This document shows, piece by piece, positions 20,060 to 27,057 of a stretch of 55,391 bases of DNA (its first letter is position 1; the number at the start of each line of letters is the position of its first letter). Below the pieces are notes generated by a model. The model saw only the letters and a list, made by a program, of their open reading frames with translations. It was not told the origin of the DNA and did not search any database. The DNA is from a virus (lineage: Duplodnaviria; Caudoviricetes), in the IMG/VR virus record IMGVR_UViG_3300037962_000555, positions 1-55,391 of that record; one strand, 5' to 3'. A program made the translations under genes and the position numbers.

Positions 20060-20716
20060 ATGAGTGAGAACACTGCGTTGCAGATCAAGGAAGAGTTGCT
20101 TGAAGCGATTGATGTTGATGATGACATTCTCAGCAACCCGAAGCGATATGCGCCAGAAAAATACAAGCGCAGGAGACTGACTAAGAAACAACAGAAGTTT
20201 GTGCAGCTGTATGTTCACAACGATCTGACCAATACAGAGTGCGCCCATCGAGCAGGGTATGCTTACCCAGCACAAAGCGCATCGATGCTTTTGAATGACT
20301 CCAGGTTTTTGCATATTCAAGAAACGATCAAGGATTTGCAGGAGGGATATCAGAAGAAGTATGAGATTACTTTTGAAAAGGTTGCGCGTGATCTTCAGAT
20401 GATCAGAGATGCTGCAGTTGAAGATGGGAAGTTCAGTGCGGCGGTACAAGCAGAACTGGGCAGAGCAAAACTTGGTGGACTCATGGTTGATAAGAAGGAG
20501 ATCAAACATGGGCGCATTGATCAGATGGATAGAGATGAGGTGGAGGCAAGACTAAGAAAACTCATTGAGTCTAATCAGCTTGCTCCCCAACTACAGGAAC
20601 GTGTGCTTGCGAACTCAGACCTTGCGAACTCAGAAGATGAAGATCTTTATTCTTCAACTTCATCATACCAAGTTGAGCAATACGAAATTGTGCCAGGTGA
20701 AGACGATGCGGTCTGA
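20060..20716 (+). CDS. terS: Terminase small subunit
   Basis: LTKKQQKFV..Y......TECAHRAGY HTH; SAAVQAE..RAKLGGL.VDKKE. Confidence 0.85.
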   Translation: MSENTALQIKEELLEAIDVDDDILSNPKRYAPEKYKRRRLTKKQQKFVQLYVHNDLTNTECAHRAGYAYPAQSASMLLNDSRFLHIQETIKDLQEGYQKKYEITFEKVARDLQMIRDAAVEDGKFSAAVQAELGRAKLGGLMVDKKEIKHGRIDQMDRDEVEARLRKLIESNQLAPQLQERVLANSDLANSEDEDLYSSTSSYQVEQYEIVPGEDDAV

Positions 20717-20945
20717 AGTTCTTACCCTTGCGGGCTAACTCAGATACTCGTTTTTTATTTTTGAATGCCTTGCGAGCTCTGTAATCTTTGAGCTTGTGTT
20801 CATGACAACAAAACTTCGATTGAGCCTGGATGCTCGAGTAACTCACGCCGCACCATGCACATTTAAATTTTCGGATCTTCTTTGCCCGGTGAAGGGTGGA
20901 TGAGTTCTCTCTCAATCCACCCCTCGTTTCAAGTTCATCACTCAT
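20571..20945 (-). CDS. Zinc-finger protein (probable start ATG 20945)
   Basis: CAWCG...KFCCHEHK..DYR. Confidence 0.55.
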   Translation of the reverse strand: MSDELETRGGLRENSSTLHRAKKIRKFKCAWCGVSYSSIQAQSKFCCHEHKLKDYRARKAFKNKKRVSELARKGKNFRPHRLHLAQFRIAQLGMMKLKNKDLHLLSSQGLSSQAHVPVVGEQAD

Positions 20946-21138
20946 TGTGTGAGCCAGACAACTGAGAGACTTTGGTTGATACAAAGTTCGCGTGCATGAC
21001 TTCATCCTCATGGATGCATTTCTGACGCAGAAGCTTAGTGTATTCTTTCAATAACCCACCGAATGAGTTTGCTTCCAGAACATGGGTATCAAGACCATGC
21101 TCTGACTCATGGTTCCTTACGACTATGTCTGCTCTCAT
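20938..21138 (-). CDS. Hypothetical protein
   Basis: 66 aa, translationally coupled to neighbours. Confidence 0.55.
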   Translation of the reverse strand: MRADIVVRNHESEHGLDTHVLEANSFGGLLKEYTKLLRQKCIHEDEVMHANFVSTKVSQLSGSHNE

Positions 21139-22178
21139 GAATAAATCTCCCTATCTGCTTTGATTACTATCTCCCCAATCGCTTGTATCAACTGAGGTAC
21201 TACTGCGTTACCTAATCCTTTAAGTCTGTCCACCCTACCGGGAACCCCATGAGCCACTCGACCCACTCCGGGTTCAGGGAGCCAGATGTTTTCTCTTCTC
21301 TTGCTATCACTTCGTTCAATGGTCTGGAGTTCCGATTGTGTGTGTTCTCCGATGCTTTCCCTGACTTCCAATCTCTCGCCGTTGGTGTGGGTAACATCTT
21401 GTTCACTGCTGTAGCCAACCCATCTCCCGACTTCTTGCTCAGTCCCTCTTTGTTGTAATTGCCTTTCACCGTTGGTGTAGGCCAAAGCTTGACCGCTGTT
21501 TGTAAATCCATCCCCCTCTTCTGACCGCTGCCTCTTCTCTTCACTTCTGATTCGCTCACCACCAGATCGGTTGAACGAGAACCTCTTTGACTCGCATCTG
21601 GAGTTGGCCATAGATTGTGCTTCGCCATGGTCTGTAGAGATGGGCGAACCTTGCCCGTTCTCCCCATCGCCCCACCTTGGTTTGTTCCGTATGAGGTCGC
21701 TGTTGGAGTAGGCAATAACGAAGCATCGATCTCTTCTGTGCTTCGCATCGACGGCAACAGCCGGTAATACAAATTTCCTGACTTCGTATTGTTCACTCTC
21801 CAAGTCAGATTGCACATCGTCGAGTGCCATGTTGATGAAGCCAAAAACATTCTCTCCAATAACCCATCTTGGCTTGGATTCTTTGATGACTCTAAACATC
21901 TCAGGCCAGAGATGGCGGTCATCGAATCGTCCTTTCCTTCTTCCGGCTTGGGAGAAAGGCTGGCAAGGGAATCCCCCTGCCACAACATCAATTGAGTTGG
22001 CGTATTCTTTTCCATCTAAATCCCTTATGTCTTCGTGAATGGTTAGATCAGGCCAGTGCTTGGCTAATACTTTTCTACAGTATGGGTCTTTCTCACACAT
22101 GGCCTTGGTGGACATTCCTGCCCACTCAAGACCCAATGAGAATCCACCTATACCTGAGAATAGATCAAGAACCTTCAT
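21135..22178 (-). CDS. DNA (cytosine-5) methyltransferase, main (alpha-like) polypeptide
   Basis: Motif I DLFSGIGG, IV GFPCQPFS, VI ENV, VIII HRRDR, X RLKGLGNAVVP; no clear motif IX. Confidence 0.92.
   Translation of the reverse strand: MKVLDLFSGIGGFSLGLEWAGMSTKAMCEKDPYCRKVLAKHWPDLTIHEDIRDLDGKEYANSIDVVAGGFPCQPFSQAGRRKGRFDDRHLWPEMFRVIKESKPRWVIGENVFGFINMALDDVQSDLESEQYEVRKFVLPAVAVDAKHRRDRCFVIAYSNSDLIRNKPRWGDGENGQGSPISTDHGEAQSMANSRCESKRFSFNRSGGERIRSEEKRQRSEEGDGFTNSGQALAYTNGERQLQQRGTEQEVGRWVGYSSEQDVTHTNGERLEVRESIGEHTQSELQTIERSDSKRRENIWLPEPGVGRVAHGVPGRVDRLKGLGNAVVPQLIQAIGEIVIKADREIYS
21212..22015 (-). CDS. Nested alternative-frame methyltransferase subunit (beta-like)
   Basis: 267 aa ORF inside the MTase gene; four L(L/W)PTP-type cassettes; motif IX-like LNPEWVEWLMGFP. 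Confidence 0.75.
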   Translation of the reverse strand: MEKNTPTQLMLWQGDSLASLSPKPEEGKDDSMTAISGLRCLESSKNPSQDGLLERMFLASSTWHSTMCNLTWRVNNTKSGNLYYRLLPSMRSTEEIDASLLPTPTATSYGTNQGGAMGRTGKVRPSLQTMAKHNLWPTPDASQRGSRSTDLVVSESEVKRRGSGQKRGMDLQTAVKLWPTPTVKGNYNKEGLSKKSGDGLATAVNKMLPTPTARDWKSGKASENTHNRNSRPLNEVIAREEKTSGSLNPEWVEWLMGFPVGWTDLKD

Positions 22179-22579
22179 GAGTTATCTATGCACTCAAAGT
22201 AAACGTCTCCAGACAGATCAGTGAACTTGAGTTTGTCTGAAGGCGTGGCGTCTATGAGAGAGTCGATAAAGTCACAACCCAAGTGCCAATCGCTACTTTC
22301 GATTATCTCTTTAGCCTCATACACTGTTGGTCTTTTGGTTGAATATCCTTCACCCCATCTCACAAGAAAATATTTATCTCCAGATAGCCTTGTCCACCAA
22401 CCTTCAACCCCAGATTCTTTCCAACCATCAGAATCTTTCTCAGAATCTTGGATCTCATTTAAGCGTTCATCAACAATGCCTTTGACAAAGTCTTTGAACC
22501 AATCACCATCATGGACAATGTCCATCTCGTGACATACCAATGCTTTGACCGATTGTTTTAAATCTTCCGCTATCGTCAT
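22175..22579 (-). CDS. Hypothetical protein
   Basis: 134 aa, GGAGGT SD. Confidence 0.7.
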   Translation of the reverse strand: MTIAEDLKQSVKALVCHEMDIVHDGDWFKDFVKGIVDERLNEIQDSEKDSDGWKESGVEGWWTRLSGDKYFLVRWGEGYSTKRPTVYEAKEIIESSDWHLGCDFIDSLIDATPSDKLKFTDLSGDVYFECIDNS

Positions 22580-22581
22580 GA

Positions 22582-23055
22582 CTACACCTCCCTATGAAGG
22601 AAGCCACAATCTTCCCACTCTTCTATTCGATAGAACCAGTTGAATTGCAGATCAGGATACTGTTCTCGCAAAGCCAATAAGATTTCTACAGGAGCACACC
22701 ATGCAGTTTGAAACTTGAATTGAACATGGTCACCGTACTCACATATTTCTCTCTCTGCATTGAAAGAATTCCACTTGGTTCCCCAGTTATTACAGTTCCA
22801 GTTGTACCAACGGTCATCAGATTTACCACTAGAAGGGAACTTCTTTACATGCATAAACTCAGGCGCATCTTCATCGATAACAGGAAGTTCACCATCTTCG
22901 TTGGGTGTGTTGTCCCAATCAGGGGATGGAACCAGCTTGTTGAAATCGAAGACAGACTCTTCAGATTCAAGTCGCTTAGTTAGCTTCTTCAACAAAGCTT
23001 CTTGATCATCTCCATCAGCGTAGATGGACAGTTCATTTTCACAAATATTAGGCAC
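22582..23055 (-). CDS. YubB/DUF1281-like ferredoxin-fold protein (probable GTG start 23055)
   Basis: PN.CEN.L, FDFN.LVP, WYNWN..NWGTKWN, F.TAW..P motifs. Confidence 0.75.
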   Translation of the reverse strand: MPNICENELSIYADGDDQEALLKKLTKRLESEESVFDFNKLVPSPDWDNTPNEDGELPVIDEDAPEFMHVKKFPSSGKSDDRWYNWNCNNWGTKWNSFNAEREICEYGDHVQFKFQTAWCAPVEILLALREQYPDLQFNWFYRIEEWEDCGFLHREV

Positions 23056-23599
23056 TTGATTTTCTCCATAGTTTGAAAGCTTCTTGTTCGGAAAGATCAT
23101 TCAGATAGACCCAATGGTCTTTGTCTGAGTTCGCTTTCTTACAAGCGGACATAGCTTCGGGGGTTGGTTTAGATTTGAAAGTGTAGACACCACTATCTTT
23201 GGTATCGAAAAGGGTAATCTTACTTTTCAAACATCGCTTCATCTCTTTCAGACAGAGATGCTCATTGACAAGATCAGCTATCAGCCAATCCAGTAATTCA
23301 GAATCTGGCATATCAGACATATCAATCGTTTCACCATCCACCTCCATGGTTAGAGCACGATTCGCTTTGAGGAATTCATATGCGTGCTTTCCGCATTCGG
23401 CCAGCATCTCTCTGCCTTCTTCGGTAGTCTGATCTTTTGTGTTCCAGTAATTGTTGCAAGCACCTCGACCATCGTTCTCGACATTCAGTGCTCTCTTGCC
23501 ATCAAGGTAGATGACCGCTTGGAAACAGTGCGTTTCCTGACTAGCCCATGCAGTATATTTGATGGACTTCAATGTGATTCTTGATTGAACTTCACTCAC
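23048..23599 (-). CDS. Conserved phage hypothetical protein
   Basis: SQETHCF.A.IY.DGK...VENDGRG pattern; 183 aa. Confidence 0.7.
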   Translation of the reverse strand: MSEVQSRITLKSIKYTAWASQETHCFQAVIYLDGKRALNVENDGRGACNNYWNTKDQTTEEGREMLAECGKHAYEFLKANRALTMEVDGETIDMSDMPDSELLDWLIADLVNEHLCLKEMKRCLKSKITLFDTKDSGVYTFKSKPTPEAMSACKKANSDKDHWVYLNDLSEQEAFKLWRKSSA

Positions 23600-23832
23600 T
23601 TGGATACCTCCTCAACTTCAACGTCCATCGATTCAACTGGGTCAACAATCTCATCAATAAATTTGACGTTGAACTCTTTGTGCATATCACCGGAAGGTTT
23701 GTTCTTCATCTCAACCTCAACGACATCGTCCCAAAGATGCCAATCAATGGCCCTGACACTCTCTTCGCTGAAGGTTCTGACTTCGTATGTTCTTGTCACA
23801 GTGGTGGTGACAGTCACTTGGTAGTCTCTCAT
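23596..23832 (-). CDS. Hypothetical protein
   Basis: 78 aa, Y.VTV.....YEV...SEE pattern shared with the 24224-24448 ORF. Confidence 0.6.
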   Translation of the reverse strand: MRDYQVTVTTTVTRTYEVRTFSEESVRAIDWHLWDDVVEVEMKNKPSGDMHKEFNVKFIDEIVDPVESMDVEVEEVSK

Positions 23833-23862
23833 TTAGATACTCGCTTTTATTTAAGAACCTTG

Positions 23863-23891
23863 ATCGTAATGCATTGGGGTATCATTCGCAA
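23863..23891 (-). promoter_or_regulatory. Sigma70-like promoter
   Basis: TTGCGA-17 bp-TACGAT with AT-rich UP-like tract, upstream of ATG 23832. Confidence 0.55.
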
Positions 23892-24028
23892 GCTAATTAA
23901 ATTATCTATTTACAAAAGCAGATTCACAGATATTGGGTGGGGGAATCTGCATCCCCCCCTCTCACAGCGCTTGTAAGCTGCGTACAGCCCCTTTCCGCTC
24001 TCCCCCCTTGCATTGGGGTGGGGGTGGG

Positions 24029-24170
24029 CTTGCGCCCCCCTGCGCGTGCGTGCGTGCGCTGTCGAGCTTGCGACCTTTTTCGTTTTTTTATTTGCGATCC
24101 AAAACTTGCGGACTTGCGGACTTATTTTTTTTATTTGCTTGCGACCTTGCGTGCTTGCGGACTTGCGCCC
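24029..24170 (+). repeat. CTTGCG repeat array 1
   Basis: Eight exact CTTGCG copies, several at 8-bp period, interleaved with T-tracts. Confidence 0.85.
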
Positions 24171-24223
24171 TGATTTGATGTGTGTGCGTGCGACCAGGTC
24201 GGCGCGGCGGGGTGAGCTCTCGC

Positions 24224-24448
24224 TCACTCTTCAAGCTCTCTAATATTGTTCCAGATTTCGTTCTGCCAAACTTCGCAATGGCTATACTCTATGCCAGGTA
24301 TCGGCTCCCCGGTTCGGAAGTGTACTGGCTTAAGTGCGTCTGGAAAGTGAGCGCTGTGCATTTTTTCATAAGCTTCGCTTTCACTGTTCGCTTCGACTTC
24401 GTATGTGATGCTTTTTTTGAGATCAACCGTGACAATGTACTTTTTCAT
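24224..24448 (-). CDS. Hypothetical protein
   Basis: MKKYIVTV.....YEVEANSESEA pattern; 74 aa. Confidence 0.65.
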   Translation of the reverse strand: MKKYIVTVDLKKSITYEVEANSESEAYEKMHSAHFPDALKPVHFRTGEPIPGIEYSHCEVWQNEIWNNIRELEE

Positions 24449-24456
24449 AGTTTCCC

Positions 24457-25068
24457 CTAGTGATACTTGTAGCTAATGTTTTTGATTCTTGGATTCCAGC
24501 ATGCTCTGCAATCCTGGCATTCGTTGTTTTGTTTGTAGGCAATACACTCGCGCCCGAATGGTTTAGTAACATGTACCGTGCTTGTGTATTTATATTGCTT
24601 CAATGGTTCTTGGTCGATATGAGGCGACGATACACGCACCACTAAATTTTTAGGGAATTCATATCGTCTTAGGAATCGCGCAACGATTAGATATTCCTTA
24701 GTTGGTAACCAGTGTTTGGTTTTGGGTGTTTGCTTTGCGACTCTGACAATATCTTTTAAATGCTCATCGCTTTGTATATCTCCGCTATCAAACCAACGGA
24801 AATATTCATCGCCATTGATAGCCGTCACCATTGCATCAACCCAATTTGAATTTGATATCGCTTCGAGTCTTCGTGCGTGAGCTTTTTCTACAGTCGGCCA
24901 AACATAAGCGCCCTTCAGAGCGTAGCACCCATGGCAAACGCTGCCTTCAATTTTTGCTAGTTTGCTTCCTACCTTGCAAGCTTTCGCACTAATCCCCCAA
25001 GACTTACATGGCATTTTGCTAGTTTTTGAGAGACCGCCAACAATCTCTCGAGCTTCAGATACTTTCAT
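24457..25068 (-). CDS. Gp88-like (radical-SAM-related) protein (probable start ATG 25068)
   Basis: LSKTSKMP, C...VCHGCYA.KG.Y, YFRWFDSGD, HWLPT, C..Y.....CQDCRACW. Confidence 0.78.
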   Translation of the reverse strand: MKVSEAREIVGGLSKTSKMPCKSWGISAKACKVGSKLAKIEGSVCHGCYALKGAYVWPTVEKAHARRLEAISNSNWVDAMVTAINGDEYFRWFDSGDIQSDEHLKDIVRVAKQTPKTKHWLPTKEYLIVARFLRRYEFPKNLVVRVSSPHIDQEPLKQYKYTSTVHVTKPFGRECIAYKQNNECQDCRACWNPRIKNISYKYH

Positions 25069-25163
25069 ATCTAGATTCCTTTTGCTTTGAAGTATCAATA
25101 TTAACAATTAATGACAGTAATATCTAATTTATTTTTAGGCACAATCGGCCAGGCAGCTGATCA

Positions 25164-25222
25164 CTTGCGACCTTGCGACCTTGTTATATTTTTTTTGTGC
25201 TCAAGCTTGCGAGCTCTTGCGG
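25164..25222 (+). repeat. CTTGCG repeat array 2
   Basis: Four exact copies (25164, 25172, 25206, 25216) with T-tracts. Confidence 0.75.
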
Positions 25223-25271
25223 CCTCGAGCTTTTTTATATAAGAGCTCTGCCGCACTGGCCAGGCGCGCGC

Positions 25272-25300
25272 AAAAAAAAGGGCAGTAATTAACTGCCCTT
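25272..25300 (-). terminator. Rho-independent terminator
   Basis: AAGGGCAG-loop-CTGCCCTT hairpin plus U-tract on minus, downstream of the 25317 ORF. Confidence 0.8.
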
Positions 25301-25316
25301 GTTGGATTGCCCTGGA

Positions 25317-25547
25317 TCACTTGATCATAGAATTTAATTCTTTCTTGATCTCTCTCGCTTTTGGACCCCGCCAGGTTTTCGCGTTACTTAGGAAATATGC
25401 GACTATCGATCGTCCGGAATCTGCCCCAAAATAATCGGTAACACTATCCAGATAATGCATCGCCTCCAAGTAGGGACGCGCTGCATAATTAACTTTTTCC
25501 TGCCAATCGTTTTCAATATCCCATGCTATTGTTTTTAATGGTCTCAT
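25317..25547 (-). CDS. Conserved small phage protein
   Basis: RPL..IA.DI..DW...A.PYL.AM...IV.YFLSNA.TWRG..AR.IK.EL; GAGGAG SD. Confidence 0.8.
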   Translation of the reverse strand: MRPLKTIAWDIENDWQEKVNYAARPYLEAMHYLDSVTDYFGADSGRSIVAYFLSNAKTWRGPKAREIKKELNSMIK

Positions 25548-25550
25548 TTT

Positions 25551-25682
25551 TTACTCCTCAATTTCATTTTCAAGATTGTTTTCACAATGAACGCAGACAA
25601 ATTTATCACCTACAAAATTCATACTGCGTTCATGTTCGAGAACCCCACACTCGTCGCATGGGGTTTTGTCTTCGCGATCCAT
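25551..25682 (-). CDS. Small zinc-finger protein (43 aa, not in track)
   Basis: MDREDKTPCDECG...FVCVHCEN; TAATG coupling to the upstream ORF. Confidence 0.65.
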   Translation of the reverse strand: MDREDKTPCDECGVLEHERSMNFVGDKFVCVHCENNLENEIEE

Positions 25683-25840
25683 TATGAATCGTCCACTATT
25701 TCGTTAATCGACCTCTTATCTCTGGGAAGAATGTCATTAACGTAAAGCTTTTCTTTTTCCTCTTCGGTCATATCCTCCAGAATTAACTGGAGGATAACCG
25801 AACCATTGTCTGCCTTTTTTTGTGCTTCGCGATCGTCCAT
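25682..25840 (-). CDS. Small acidic protein (52 aa, not in track)
   Basis: MDDREAQKK...; GGAGG SD and TAATG coupling. Confidence 0.65.
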   Translation of the reverse strand: MDDREAQKKADNGSVILQLILEDMTEEEKEKLYVNDILPRDKRSINEIVDDS

Positions 25841-26052
25841 TATGAGTCCTCCCTATCGGAGCCTATCCAAGTAGAAACCCAAATGATTGTGGCAATCGAT
25901 AAGCCAACTATCATTCCTCCTATCAGAGCATGAAAGCTTATATTGATTGTGTAGCCTAGATAGTTGAGTGATGCGATGGTGTAGACGCAAGATAGCGCGC
26001 TGAGAATGACGCCTAGAAAATAAGCGCCTTTTGTTCGATAAAAGTTTTTCAT
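25840..26052 (-). CDS. Small two-TM membrane protein (probable start ATG 26052)
   Basis: Two hydrophobic segments; AGAGAGAG before ATG. Confidence 0.6.
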   Translation of the reverse strand: MKNFYRTKGAYFLGVILSALSCVYTIASLNYLGYTINISFHALIGGMIVGLSIATIIWVSTWIGSDREDS

Positions 26053-26107
26053 GTTTACTCTCTCTCTTTTTAAGAATGGGAGGACCGAAGTCCTCCCGAT
26101 GGTTTGA

Positions 26108-26488
26108 TTATACAGTCCTCCAAGATACCTTACTATAGCCTTTTGATGGTCTAACGTAATTGTATCTATATTCCAGATCACTAATTTTTAAATGCTTAGG
26201 TATTTCGATTTTCGCGCCCTTGTAGATTGCACTGACAGAAGACCACTCTTCTATTCTTGGCATATCTTTCATCGACCAAGCTATAGAGCCGTCGAATACC
26301 CCATCGATTAACTTTCTAGTATCACTTCTTAAACCAAGCTGAGAATTAATCTTATTCTCTATTTTGTTTAACAGTAATTTTCTTGGGTCTTGGTTTAATT
26401 CTTCTCTTAGAAGATCTCTATTTTGAATCAATCTCTTAAGAGATGATATCGACTCAACATTCTCGATTGTGATGTTTGGCTTTTTCAT
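26108..26488 (-). CDS. Hypothetical early protein
   Basis: 126 aa, GAGGT SD, followed by hairpin GGGAGGAC-CGAA-GTCCTCCC. Confidence 0.7.
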   Translation of the reverse strand: MKKPNITIENVESISSLKRLIQNRDLLREELNQDPRKLLLNKIENKINSQLGLRSDTRKLIDGVFDGSIAWSMKDMPRIEEWSSVSAIYKGAKIEIPKHLKISDLEYRYNYVRPSKGYSKVSWRTV

Positions 26489-26579
26489 TCTTACCTCACT
26501 TGTTGTTTAAGAAAAATTTATTGCTCTTTAGCAATATGCTAAAGATTACAGTAATTATTAAATTAGCACAATCTTTTTA

Positions 26580-26774
26580 TTATTCTTTTTCATGCATTAA
26601 TCTGATCTTATGCCAAAACTCAGGATTGTCTGATAGTTCAGCTCGTAGATATCCTCGAATATATCTACGCTCTTCTTCGCTTCCTTCATGTTGTTCGCAT
26701 ACGAAATCAATAAGTTTTTCTTTAGCGATCTCTTTTAGGTACGGTTCTATTTCTATGATGTTATTTTTTTGCAT
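26580..26774 (-). CDS. Hypothetical protein
   Basis: MQKNNIIEIEPYL...; start uncertain. Confidence 0.45.
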   Translation of the reverse strand: MQKNNIIEIEPYLKEIAKEKLIDFVCEQHEGSEEERRYIRGYLRAELSDNPEFWHKIRLMHEKE

Positions 26775-26880
26775 TGGTTTTCCACGTTGTTCATATATAT
26801 AACGACTAGAACGCAGAACTATTACAAAAATAATTAATCTTTTTTGACTAGCATTTCTAACAATAAAACTTAGGCGCATT

Positions 26881-26927
26881 GCTAACAGTTTTGTTTAGGC
26901 GATCCTGCTAACAGTTTTGTTAAGGCG
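26881..26927 (+). repeat. 21-bp direct repeat at the strand switch
   Basis: GCTAACAGTTTTGTTWAGGCG at 26881 and 26907. Confidence 0.8.
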
Positions 26928-27057
26928 CGGGTCCCTATCGGCGAAACCCAAAAAGTTGATCGACCTTTAGGTCGACCCCCACCCCCCAAAACAGTGTGTA
27001 GACATACTGTGTGTGTATAAATAACATTCACCACGCACAACTACTCAAAAAAAAGAT

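Noticed and set aside
19811-20166. ORFs over the GTGCA/IHF locus
   Set aside because: Translations simply mirror the DNA repeats and A/T tracts
20606-20634. 15-bp tandem repeat in the terS tail as a protein feature
   Set aside because: Lies in a poorly structured tail; better counted with the CTTGCG DNA motif
23910-24243. Several ORFs over the CTTGCG array
   Set aside because: Low-complexity translations on both strands without SD; better explained as non-coding repeats
24029-25222. CRISPR array
   Set aside because: Repeats are 6-8 bp with no unique 25-45 bp spacers; no cas operon
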